Shown here in pieces: positions 10,597 through 19,942 of a DNA stretch of 64,000 bases. The DNA comes from an uncultured Terracidiphilus sp. GTDB lineage: Bacteria > Acidobacteriota > Terriglobia > Terriglobales > Acidobacteriaceae. Both the position numbers and the translations under genes were made by a program. Each line of letters starts with the position of its first letter. Position 1 is the stretch's first letter. Where the stretch lies: the NCBI GenBank assembly GCA_964383595.1, contig CAYLHL010000001.1, forward strand, positions 42,676 through 106,675. Reading direction: 5' to 3'. The notes below the pieces were generated by a model that was not told where the DNA came from, searched no databases, and saw nothing but the letters and a program-made list of their open reading frames with translations.

Positions 10597-13500
10597 ATGA
10601 GCGGAGCGTGGCGTAACGTAGCGATGTTTGTCGTTGTTGTGATGCTGGCTAGCGTAGCTGTGTTTGGCCAGATTTCCTACCCCGCAGCCAATGACATCAA
10701 TGCGATTGCGGGCACTGGCACCATGGGCTACAACGGCACGGGTGGCGCAGCGACGACCACGGATCTATATGAACCCCTCTCCGCTGTATTTGATGCTTCG
10801 GGCAATGTGTGGATCGACGACGGCGCCTTATGTCTTGTACTCGAAGTGTCGGCCTCCACAGGAGACATAAACAGCATTTTAGGCACAGTGCCTTCGGGAG
10901 GCTACTACTACGACTGCGTTCCAACCTATGGGGTTACCTATGATCCGATGGGTGCAGCCGTCGATGCGTCGGGAAATATGTATTTCATCGATGGTGGCAC
11001 CTATATTCGCAAACGGGCAACTTCTGGGAGCTTGAGTGTCGTAGCCGGCATTGGAACGGCTGGGCATACCGGCGACGGTGGGGCAGCGACTAGCGCGGAG
11101 ATCGAGGCCACTAAATTAGCTATCGACTCTTCCGGAAATCTCTTCTTTGTGCAAGATCAGTACACGAGTACGCGAGGCGGGGACGTGTGCTCTTACAACA
11201 CTATTCGTGAAGTAGCGACCTCTGGACTCATTTCGACCGTTGCAGGTAGTGGGACCTGTGGATACACAGGGGATGGCGGGGCGGCGACTAGCGCGGAGAT
11301 TGAGGCAGGCGGTTTGGCTGTTGATTCTTCAGACAACGTCTACATCACAAACTTGGTGGGCTGTGCACTTCGTAAGGTGACGGCTTCAAACCATTACATT
11401 TCAACGATTGCAGGAAACGGGACCTGCGGATATTTAGGGGATGGCGGCGCGGCTGTGAGTGCGGAACTGAAGAGCCCGACCGGGGTCGCAGTGGATTCGA
11501 GCGGTAACGTCTATGTCGCGGACTACGGCAATTACCGCATCCGAATGATTTCGGCGAGTACACAGGACATCTCGACCATTGCGGGTGACGGAACGTTTGG
11601 GTGTTCAGGGAATGGCGGCGCCGCTACCAGCGCAGAGTTGGGATATCTTGACACTTTGGCGATTGATGGCTCCGGACACCTGATTCATACAGACACAGAA
11701 TGCGCTGATGTGCGCGCAGTGACCCTTGTCAAGCCTACTCCTTCAATCTCTTTGTCCTGCTCGCCGAATCCGATTACTTACGGGGGCGAGACCACAGACT
11801 GCACAGTCGATGTCGGGAATGGTGCTACTGGCACGACAACCTGGACGATCAACGGTGGAGCGTGGACGACACAGACATTGAGTGGCGGCACCGCTTCGGC
11901 AGGGGGCTTCAACGGGTATGCGGCCGGCTCGTACACAATCGGCGTTACCTACAACGGCGACAGCAACAACAATACCGCGAGTACATCGACCACGCTTACG
12001 ATCAGCATGGCAACACCAAGCGTTTCCGATACGTGCTCTCCGAATCCGATTACCTACGGGGGCAGCAATTCGATCTGCACTGGTTATGCGAGTGACAGCG
12101 GTACGGTAACCGGGACACTGTCGTTCACGATCAACGGTTCGCCGTGGGCGACGGAAACTCTCTCTTCTGGTTCGGCCACAGCGCCTCAGTTTAGCTCGAC
12201 CTACGGGATCGGCACATACACTGTTGGGGTAACCTACAGCGGCGATAGCAATAACAATGCGGCTAGCAGTTCGACGACGCTAACGATTACCAAGGCCGCT
12301 CAAACGATCACTTTCCCGGCCCCGACAAGCCCAGTAATCTATGGGGTATCGGCGATCTCTCTGAGCGCAACGGCCAGCTCAGGGCTGGCGGTGACCTTCA
12401 GCGTCTCCTCCGGACCTTGCACCGTTTCTGGCAGCACGCTGACGGTCACCGGGGCGGGCACTTGCGTAGTGGCCGCAAATCAGGCAGGTAACGCCGACTA
12501 CTCAGCGGCTGCTCAGGTGACACAGAGTGTCACTGTGAACGCTGCTGTGCTGACGGTGACTGCGAAAAGCGCCTCGCGGGTCTACGGGGTTGCGAATCCA
12601 GCGTTCAGTTATACGGTATCGGGGTATGTAAATGGTGACACTTCGAGCGTCGTTGGTGGCTCGGCTGCGGAGACGACGAGTGCAACGAGCACCTCTGCTC
12701 CTGGCTCCTATTCGATCACCTTTTCGTCCGAGGCGCTGACAGCAGCCAATTACACCTTCAGTTACGTGAATGGGACACTGACCGTGACCCAAGCGTCTCA
12801 AACCATCACCTTCAATGCTCCGGCGAGTCCTATCACCTACGGCGTGTCCCCGATCTCCCTGAGTGCGACGGCCAGTTCCGGCCTGGCGGTGACCTTCAGC
12901 GTCTCCTCCGGACCTTGCACCGTTTCTGGCAGCACGCTGACGGTGACCGGCGCGGGCACCTGCGTGGTGACCGCGAATCAGGCAGGCAACACCGATTACT
13001 TGGCGGCGCCTCAAGTGACGCAAAGCGTGATGGTGAATCAGGCTGCGCTGACGGTGACGGCGAACAGCGCCTCTCGGGTCTACGGCGCGGCAAACCCGAC
13101 ATTCAATTACACAATTACGGGCTACGTGAATGGCGACACATCGAGCGTCGTTGGCGGCTCGGCTACGGAGACGACGAGTGCAACGAGCACCTCAGCTCCT
13201 GGCTCCTACTCGATTACCTTCTCATCCGAAGCGCTGACAGCAACCAATTACACGTTCAGCTATGTAAATGGGACGCTGACGGTGAGCCAGGTGTCGCAGA
13301 CGATCACCTTCAATGCGCCAGCGAGTCCTGTGACCTACGGCGTGTCGCCGATCTCTTTAAGCGCGACGGCCAGCTCTGGGCTGGCGGTGACCTTCAGCGT
13401 CTCCTCCGGCCCCTGTTCGACCTCCGGTGCCACGTTGACGGTGACCGGGGCGGGCACCTGTGTAGTGGCTGCGAATCAGGCGGGCAACGCCGACTACACG

Positions 13501-16500
13501 GCGGCGGCAGCGGTCTCTCATAGCATCGTTGTCAACCCCGCAGTCCTGACGGTGACCGCCAATAATGCGTCGCGCTCTTACGGTGCGGCGAATCCGACAT
13601 TTACCCAGAGCTATTCGGGATTCGTGAACGGTGACACATCGAGTGTGTTGAATGGCGCTCCCAGCTTAATCACAACGGCTACGAGTACCTCCGCACCTGG
13701 CTCCTACTCGATCATGGCTGCGGTTGGAACGCTCACGGCGAGCAACTACACCTTCAGTTTTGTCAACGGAACCCTGACCGTGACAGCGGCCACACAGACA
13801 ATCAGCTTCACGGCTCCCGCAAGCCCGGTGACCTATGGTGTTTCGCCGATCTCTTTGAATGCGACGGCCAGCTCTGGGCTGCCGGTGGCCTTCAGCGTTT
13901 CATCCGGCCCTTGCACGGTCTCGGGCAGCACGTTGACGGTGACTGGAGCGGGTACGTGCGTTGTGGCCGCGAATCAGGGGGGTAACAGTGATTATTCGGC
14001 TGCGGCCCAGGTCACGCAAAGCGTGACGGTCAACCAGGCCGCGCTAACAGTCACGGCGAACAATGCCTCACGGGCCTATGGCGCCACAAATCCGACATTC
14101 AATTACACGATTACGGGCTATGTGAATGGCGACACATCGAGTGTCGTTGGCGGTTCGGCTGCGGAGACGACCAGTGCAACGAGCACTTCTGCCCCAGGAT
14201 CTTACTCGATCACCTTCTCGTCCGAAGCGCTGACAGCAACCAACTACAACTTCAGCTATGTGAGCGGAACGCTGACCGTGATCCAAGCGTCTCAGGCGAT
14301 CACCTTCAATGCTCCGGCGAGTCCTGTGACATACGGAGTGTCGCCGATCTCTTTGAGTGCGACGACCAGTTCCGGCCTGGCGGTAATCTTCAGCGTGTCC
14401 GCCGGCCCTTGCACGGTCTCCGGCAGCACGCTGACGGTATCCGGCTCAGGTACCTGCGTGGTGGCCGCAAATCAGCCGGGCAACAGTGATTATTCGGCTG
14501 CGGCCCAGGTGACGCAAAGCGTGACGGTGAATCAGGCTGCGCTGACGGTCACGGCGACCAACGCCGCGCGGGCCTATGGCGCAGCGAATCCAACATTCAG
14601 TTATACGGTTAGCGGTTATGTGAACGGCGACACATCGAGCGTTGTTGGCGGTTCAGCTGCGGAGACAACAAGTGCAACGAGCAGTTCTGCTCCTGGCTCC
14701 TACTCGATCACCTTCTCTTCCGAGGCATTGACAGCGGCCAATTACACCTTCAGCTACGTCAATGGGACGCTGACCGTGACCCAAGCGTCTCAGACAATCA
14801 GCTTTGCGGCTCCCGCAAGCCCGGTGACCTACGGGGTTTCACCAATCTCTTTGAGCGCAACGGCCAGCTCCGGGCTTGCGGTGACATTCGGCGTCTTGTC
14901 GGGTCCCTGCGCAGTTTCGGGCAGCACATTGACGGTGACTGGAGCAGGCACCTGTGTGGTGGCCGCAAATCAGGCGGGCAACACAGACTACTCGGCTGCG
15001 GCAATGGTCTCTCACAGCATCGTCGTTACTGCCGCGGTGCTCACGGTGACGGCAAACAACGCTTCGCGGGCTTATGGCGCGGCAAATCCGACATTTACCC
15101 CGAGCTATTCGGGGTTCGTGAACGGCGACACATCGAGCGTCCTGAGTGGCGCTCCCAGCTTAACCACAACGGCCACGAGTTCCTCCGCGCCTGGCAGCTA
15201 CACGATCACCTCTGCGGCTGGAACCCTGGCGGCGAGCAACTACACCTTCAGTTTCGTCAACGGAACACTGACGGTCAATGCAGCCGTGCAGACGATCAGC
15301 TTCACGGCTCCAACGAGCCCAGTAACCTACGGAGTGTTGCCTATCACCCTGAGTGCGACGGCCAGCTCCGGGCTGGCTGTGACCTTCAACGTTTCCTCCG
15401 GACCCTGCTCGGTCTCGGGAAGCACGTTGACTGTGACCGGCGCGGGTGGTTGTGTTGTAGCCGCAAATCAGCCGGGCAACAGTGATTATTCGGCTGCGGC
15501 CCAGGTGACGCAAAGCGTGACGGTGAATCAGGCCGCACTGACGGTTTCGGCGAACAGCTCCTCGCGGGCCTATGGCGCAGCGAATCCGGCGTTCGGTTAC
15601 ACGGTCACTGGCTATGTGAACGGTGACACGTCGAGCGTGGTTGACGGCTCGGCTGGGGAGACAACAAGTGCAACAACCTCGTCAGCTCCTGGGTCCTATG
15701 CGATCACCTTTTCTTCCGAGGCGCTCACTGCGACCAACTACACCTTCAGCTATGTGAGTGGAACGCTGACGGTGACGCAAGCATCTCAGACGATCACCTT
15801 CGCTGCTCCAGCAAGCCCGGTGACGTATGGGGTGTCGCCGATCTCGCTCTCTGCCTCGGCCAGTTCTGGGCTGGCGGTGACTTTCAGTGTGTCGTCTGGA
15901 TCGTGCTCGGTCTCCGGCGCTACGCTCACGGTGACCGGGGCAGGCACCTGTGTGGTGGCAGCAAATCAGGCAGGCAATGCAGACTACTCGACGGCGGCAA
16001 CAGCTTCTCACAGCATCGTCGTCAATGCTGCGGTCTTAACGGTGACGGCCAATAACGCCTCACGGGTCTACGGCACCGCAAATCCGACGTTCGCCGCGAG
16101 CTTCTTGGGGTTCGTCAACGGCGACACGTGGAGTGTCCTGAGCGGCGCTCCCAGCTTGACTACAACGGCCACGCCGACATCCGCACCCGGCAGCTACACG
16201 ATCACCTCTGCGGCTGGAACACTGGCAGCGAGCAACTACACCTTCAGTTTCGCCAACGGGACCCTGACGGTGACTGTGGCCACTCAAACAATCACATTCG
16301 CCGCCCCGGCAAGCCCAGTCACCTATGGCGTTTCGCCGATCTCATTGGGCGCGACGGCCAGTTCCGGCCTGGCGGTCACCTTCAGCGTTTCCTCTGGCCC
16401 TTGCTCGGTCTCCGGTAACACGATGACGGTGGCGGGGGCAGGCACCTGTGTAGTGGCTGCAAATCAGCCCGGCAATGCCGACTACACCGCGGCGGCAGCG

Positions 16501-16773
16501 GTCCTGCAGAGCTTGGTCATTAACAAAGAGTCCGTGATTGTCAACAGCGCGTCTTCGCTGTCTCCCTCCATTTATGGCGACAACGTCGCGTTGACTTTCA
16601 CATTAATAGGCGGCGGGGTTACTCCAACAGGCACGCTAACCATCAGCGATGGAGCAAATCCGCTTGCCACGATCTCGCTCGATGCGGGTATCGCAACCTA
16701 CAACACATCTGCACTGATCGCAGGAAAGCACACTCTAACCGCGGTCTACAGCGGAGACAACAACTATCAGTGA
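10597..16773 (+). CDS. Giant secreted adhesin: NHL-repeat beta-propeller, Ig-like (Big_3-type) domains, Ig/MBG tandem stalk
   Basis: Signal peptide; repeated TIAG.GT.GY.GDGGAATSA; MBG-type LTVTANNASRxYGAANPTF; alternative GTG start at 10570. Confidence 0.88.
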   Translation: MSGAWRNVAMFVVVVMLASVAVFGQISYPAANDINAIAGTGTMGYNGTGGAATTTDLYEPLSAVFDASGNVWIDDGALCLVLEVSASTGDINSILGTVPSGGYYYDCVPTYGVTYDPMGAAVDASGNMYFIDGGTYIRKRATSGSLSVVAGIGTAGHTGDGGAATSAEIEATKLAIDSSGNLFFVQDQYTSTRGGDVCSYNTIREVATSGLISTVAGSGTCGYTGDGGAATSAEIEAGGLAVDSSDNVYITNLVGCALRKVTASNHYISTIAGNGTCGYLGDGGAAVSAELKSPTGVAVDSSGNVYVADYGNYRIRMISASTQDISTIAGDGTFGCSGNGGAATSAELGYLDTLAIDGSGHLIHTDTECADVRAVTLVKPTPSISLSCSPNPITYGGETTDCTVDVGNGATGTTTWTINGGAWTTQTLSGGTASAGGFNGYAAGSYTIGVTYNGDSNNNTASTSTTLTISMATPSVSDTCSPNPITYGGSNSICTGYASDSGTVTGTLSFTINGSPWATETLSSGSATAPQFSSTYGIGTYTVGVTYSGDSNNNAASSSTTLTITKAAQTITFPAPTSPVIYGVSAISLSATASSGLAVTFSVSSGPCTVSGSTLTVTGAGTCVVAANQAGNADYSAAAQVTQSVTVNAAVLTVTAKSASRVYGVANPAFSYTVSGYVNGDTSSVVGGSAAETTSATSTSAPGSYSITFSSEALTAANYTFSYVNGTLTVTQASQTITFNAPASPITYGVSPISLSATASSGLAVTFSVSSGPCTVSGSTLTVTGAGTCVVTANQAGNTDYLAAPQVTQSVMVNQAALTVTANSASRVYGAANPTFNYTITGYVNGDTSSVVGGSATETTSATSTSAPGSYSITFSSEALTATNYTFSYVNGTLTVSQVSQTITFNAPASPVTYGVSPISLSATASSGLAVTFSVSSGPCSTSGATLTVTGAGTCVVAANQAGNADYTAAAAVSHSIVVNPAVLTVTANNASRSYGAANPTFTQSYSGFVNGDTSSVLNGAPSLITTATSTSAPGSYSIMAAVGTLTASNYTFSFVNGTLTVTAATQTISFTAPASPVTYGVSPISLNATASSGLPVAFSVSSGPCTVSGSTLTVTGAGTCVVAANQGGNSDYSAAAQVTQSVTVNQAALTVTANNASRAYGATNPTFNYTITGYVNGDTSSVVGGSAAETTSATSTSAPGSYSITFSSEALTATNYNFSYVSGTLTVIQASQAITFNAPASPVTYGVSPISLSATTSSGLAVIFSVSAGPCTVSGSTLTVSGSGTCVVAANQPGNSDYSAAAQVTQSVTVNQAALTVTATNAARAYGAANPTFSYTVSGYVNGDTSSVVGGSAAETTSATSSSAPGSYSITFSSEALTAANYTFSYVNGTLTVTQASQTISFAAPASPVTYGVSPISLSATASSGLAVTFGVLSGPCAVSGSTLTVTGAGTCVVAANQAGNTDYSAAAMVSHSIVVTAAVLTVTANNASRAYGAANPTFTPSYSGFVNGDTSSVLSGAPSLTTTATSSSAPGSYTITSAAGTLAASNYTFSFVNGTLTVNAAVQTISFTAPTSPVTYGVLPITLSATASSGLAVTFNVSSGPCSVSGSTLTVTGAGGCVVAANQPGNSDYSAAAQVTQSVTVNQAALTVSANSSSRAYGAANPAFGYTVTGYVNGDTSSVVDGSAGETTSATTSSAPGSYAITFSSEALTATNYTFSYVSGTLTVTQASQTITFAAPASPVTYGVSPISLSASASSGLAVTFSVSSGSCSVSGATLTVTGAGTCVVAANQAGNADYSTAATASHSIVVNAAVLTVTANNASRVYGTANPTFAASFLGFVNGDTWSVLSGAPSLTTTATPTSAPGSYTITSAAGTLAASNYTFSFANGTLTVTVATQTITFAAPASPVTYGVSPISLGATASSGLAVTFSVSSGPCSVSGNTMTVAGAGTCVVAANQPGNADYTAAAAVLQSLVINKESVIVNSASSLSPSIYGDNVALTFTLIGGGVTPTGTLTISDGANPLATISLDAGIATYNTSALIAGKHTLTAVYSGDNNYQ
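12301..16520 (+). repeat. 498-bp (166-aa) tandem coding repeat, about 8.5 units
   Basis: Q(T/A)I(T/S)F module starts at 12301, 12799 ... 16285, exactly 498 bp apart. Confidence 0.92.
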
Positions 16774-16863
16774 GCTCACCCACGGCAACTGCCGGGGGCG
16801 CTGTATTGACCCGGCTGCCATTCCAACAAACGCAACTCAACCGAAAGAGGACGACAGCCGACC

Positions 16864-18336
16864 ATGAAACCCAGTCAGAGAATTGCGAGTCTTGCACTTC
16901 TGTTGGCCGGTGGCCCTGCGATGCTTTTCGCGCAGTCAACCGGCACGATCACACAAACCGTCAACCATAGAAATACAATCGGTGTTCTTTCTGCGACGCC
17001 CAACGGCACCATCACCGCTGGCAATCCTATCGCTTTCACCTACATTCTGAACACTGCCGGTACTCCGGCCCCTACGACAGAGACGGTGCAGTTCTACGAC
17101 GGCACCACGGCATTGGGCACTCCCCAAACTATTGGGCTGATCCCGGCAGCCAATTTGCTGCCCTACTCGCAAGTCAACACAGGGCAAGGATGGACTACTT
17201 CCGGGACCGCCCCGACAGTAGCCTCCCTGACCGCCAATGGCCCGGACGGCAGTACCAATACAGCCACCGCCTTGACATTTGTGAATGCGACCTCGACGGT
17301 ACTCTATGCAGTTCCGGGAACGACCAACTACGCCAATCAGCAAGTGACTTTCTCGATCTGGGCGCAGTCCGCAACTCCGACGACACTCAATCTCATCGTT
17401 CAGGACAGCCCCTTTGTGGCTGCGAATAAATCCGCGCCTTGCTCAGTTACCTCTACGTGGCAACGATGCACGCTGACCTACACCTTTCCGGCGACTGCCG
17501 GCACTGGTTTTGCCGTTTCGCTGACCTCATCGAATTTTGGCGTGCCTATCAATCTCTGGGGTGCGCAGTTTGAACAAGCCGGCCAGGCAGGACCGTACGT
17601 TTCCACGATTGGAACCGCGAGGCCGACCGGCGCACAAGCCGGGACCGTCGCGTTCTCCTGGAGCCAATTTCAGACCGGGGTTCATACGGTCACGGTGCAG
17701 TATCCGGGAGATGCGAACTTCGTGGGATCGACCTCGAATGCTGTAGTCCTCACGGCTCAGCAGGAGATCCCGAAGATTGTTTTGACAGATTCACCGGCGG
17801 GTACGAGCGTCTATGGCCAAGCTGTGACGCTGACTGCGCAGTTGTCGGATCAGGATAACGATGACAACTGGATTCCGACCGGAACGGTAACCTTCTACGA
17901 CGGGACCACGGTGATCGGCTCTGGAACGCTGAACGCGTCGGGACAAGCCTCCATCACGCTCGTTGGCCCGACCTCGCTGGTTGTGGGTTCCCACTCGCTG
18001 ACGGTCCAGTATAGCGGCGATGAAGATTTCAGCGCCCTCACCTCCGGACCCATTGTCCACGTAGTAACGAAGGCCAGTTCGAGCAGCGTGGTGACAACTA
18101 CGGTTACCAGTTCGCTCAACCCGTCCGTCTATGGCGATTCCGTCACGCTGAGCATCAATGTTTCGTCCTCTGTCGGCATCCAGCCCACCGGCTCGGTGAC
18201 GGTCGTCGATGGAAGCACCACGCTCGGCACATTGACGCTCAACGCCTCCGGCAACGCAACCATCACTATCCCAACCTTTACGGCAGGGACGCACAACATC
18301 GTTGTCACGTATTCGGGCGACAGCAACTACAACTAA
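16864..18336 (+). CDS. Secreted Ig-like repeat protein with inserted CBM/head-spike-like domain
   Basis: Signal peptide ending MLFA-Q; three PT(G)TV.FYDG..H...V.Y.GD Ig domains; RBS AGAGG. Confidence 0.85.
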   Translation: MKPSQRIASLALLLAGGPAMLFAQSTGTITQTVNHRNTIGVLSATPNGTITAGNPIAFTYILNTAGTPAPTTETVQFYDGTTALGTPQTIGLIPAANLLPYSQVNTGQGWTTSGTAPTVASLTANGPDGSTNTATALTFVNATSTVLYAVPGTTNYANQQVTFSIWAQSATPTTLNLIVQDSPFVAANKSAPCSVTSTWQRCTLTYTFPATAGTGFAVSLTSSNFGVPINLWGAQFEQAGQAGPYVSTIGTARPTGAQAGTVAFSWSQFQTGVHTVTVQYPGDANFVGSTSNAVVLTAQQEIPKIVLTDSPAGTSVYGQAVTLTAQLSDQDNDDNWIPTGTVTFYDGTTVIGSGTLNASGQASITLVGPTSLVVGSHSLTVQYSGDEDFSALTSGPIVHVVTKASSSSVVTTTVTSSLNPSVYGDSVTLSINVSSSVGIQPTGSVTVVDGSTTLGTLTLNASGNATITIPTFTAGTHNIVVTYSGDSNYN

Positions 18337-18345
18337 CCAACAAAG

Positions 18346-18377
18346 GGCGCTGCCGGACTCTCCTGTCTGGCAGCGCC
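18346..18377 (+). terminator. Intra-operon stem-loop (attenuator or mRNA stabiliser)
   Basis: GGCGCTGCCGGAC-tctcct-GTCTGGCAGCGCC, 13-bp stem, no U tract. Confidence 0.55.
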
Positions 18378-18425
18378 AACCGTGTGATCGAGAGTGGATA
18401 GGATTCGAAGACGATTGGGAGTTCG

Positions 18426-19328
18426 ATGATGAGACGCATTCTTATTGATGTTGGCCTGTTGTTCGCGGCGTTGTCTGTCATGCCGCTGTCGCTCGATGCA
18501 CAAAAGAGCGTCTCTTACCGGCAGGTTGTCGAACAGGCGAGCACCATAACTCTGGTTTCGTCGTCCGTCAATCCGTCGCCAAACAATTCGACGGTCGCTT
18601 TCGCAGCTCATGTCACCGGAGTGCTTGCCGGTATACCAACCGGCACCGTAGCATTCAGCGCCACCCAGGAGTCTGGCCAGGTTGCCACAGCCACGCTTCC
18701 CTTGGACGCTTCGGGTAACGCGACCTGGACAATCTCTCTTCAATCCGGTCAGTACGAAATCACAGCACTGTATAGCGGTGACACCGATTATCTCTCGTCC
18801 GTATCTACGACTCTTTCTCAGATCGTCGAAGGGCCTCCCGATTTCACAATCAGTCTTCCATCGACAATGACCGTCGTTCAGGGGGCATCCGGCACGGCGA
18901 CTGTCTCGGTCACCTCTCTCAACGGATTTGCAGGCACGATCCAGTTGCAATGCACTGGAGCACCAGACGAGAGTTCGTGCAACTTCACACACGACTCGAT
19001 CACGATCCCCGCGTCCGCAGCAACCTCAGCATCCAGCGTCAATACAACCACTTTGACTATGACCACGGCTGGCACGACGGTCACGACGCTTGGGGTTCTG
19101 GGTTTGTTGTTCGGGTGGGGTTCCTGCTCGCGTAAGAGGCTGCGTCATCGCTTCGTGATCTGGATTGGACTTGCGGTTCTCTTGATGGGAATAGCAGGGT
19201 GCGCGGGTCCCAATCGCTACGTGCAATCCAACGGAACGCCGCCGGGGTACTACTCTCTGACAGTTGTGGCAACGTCAGGATCAATCACTCATTCAAGCAC
19301 GATGACCTTGCATGTAGTTGCGAAATAG
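18426..19328 (+). CDS. Ig-like domain protein with C-terminal hydrophobic segments and internal lipobox
   Basis: Signal peptide; complete Ig domain; hydrophobic-RKRLRHR-hydrophobic-IAGC followed by GTPPGYYSLTV. Confidence 0.82.
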   Translation: MMRRILIDVGLLFAALSVMPLSLDAQKSVSYRQVVEQASTITLVSSSVNPSPNNSTVAFAAHVTGVLAGIPTGTVAFSATQESGQVATATLPLDASGNATWTISLQSGQYEITALYSGDTDYLSSVSTTLSQIVEGPPDFTISLPSTMTVVQGASGTATVSVTSLNGFAGTIQLQCTGAPDESSCNFTHDSITIPASAATSASSVNTTTLTMTTAGTTVTTLGVLGLLFGWGSCSRKRLRHRFVIWIGLAVLLMGIAGCAGPNRYVQSNGTPPGYYSLTVVATSGSITHSSTMTLHVVAK

Positions 19329-19357
19329 GCGCATCGCCAAAAGGAAGGGGCGGCATT

Positions 19358-19933
19358 ATGAAAATGAGGCTGCATCTGGCAACGATCATCCTGGGTGTCT
19401 CGTTTGCCGGCATTTCGCTCTTCGCTCAAGCGCGGCATGAGGTCAAATACGACTGGGCTCCGGACCAACTGGCAGCTACGTTTATGTACACAGTCGATGA
19501 CTACTCTCTGCAAGTGACTCCGACGAATCTTGAAAGAACTCGCCTCGGCGGTGGCAGCGTCGAATACGCATCGCGCCATTTCTATCCCTGGGAGCTCGTC
19601 GGATCTGCCCAATACTCCAGCGGTCAACCTCTGGGGCAGAAGCTCATCTCTGCGGGCGGAGGCGCGGGATACTGTCGAAGTTTCAAGCACTGGACTCCCT
19701 ATGCCCGCGTTCTCGGCGGCATGGCTCGAACCAGCTCCAACGATCAGATGTATCTCTATACGGCCCCTAAATTGGGCCTTGCGTTCAACACAAGTGTTGG
19801 CGCAGATTACCAGCTCACGCCCCGATGGGGAATCCGCGGAGTGCAATTGCAAAATGAGTATTTGCCGTTTGGATCGCGCGGCTCGGTGTATTGGTCCATC
19901 GGTACGGGAATCACCTACCACTTTCGTCCTTGA
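19358..19933 (+). CDS. Small outer-membrane beta-barrel protein
   Basis: Signal peptide; alternating strands WTPYARVLGG, VGADYQL, terminal GTGITYHF. Confidence 0.75.
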   Translation: MKMRLHLATIILGVSFAGISLFAQARHEVKYDWAPDQLAATFMYTVDDYSLQVTPTNLERTRLGGGSVEYASRHFYPWELVGSAQYSSGQPLGQKLISAGGGAGYCRSFKHWTPYARVLGGMARTSSNDQMYLYTAPKLGLAFNTSVGADYQLTPRWGIRGVQLQNEYLPFGSRGSVYWSIGTGITYHFRP

Positions 19934-19942
19934 GGAGAGGTC

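Noticed and set aside
12301..16520. CRISPR array or diversity-generating retroelement
   Set aside because: Repeats are long in-frame coding units; no spacers, cas genes or reverse transcriptase
16770..18430. The three Ig genes as fragments of one broken adhesin, or stop-codon readthrough
   Set aside because: Each has its own RBS and signal peptide, two end at the identical residue, and the frame after 16773 hits another stop within ten codons
19358..19933. Beta-barrel as a classical fimbrial usher
   Set aside because: 191 aa is far too small for a PapC-type usher
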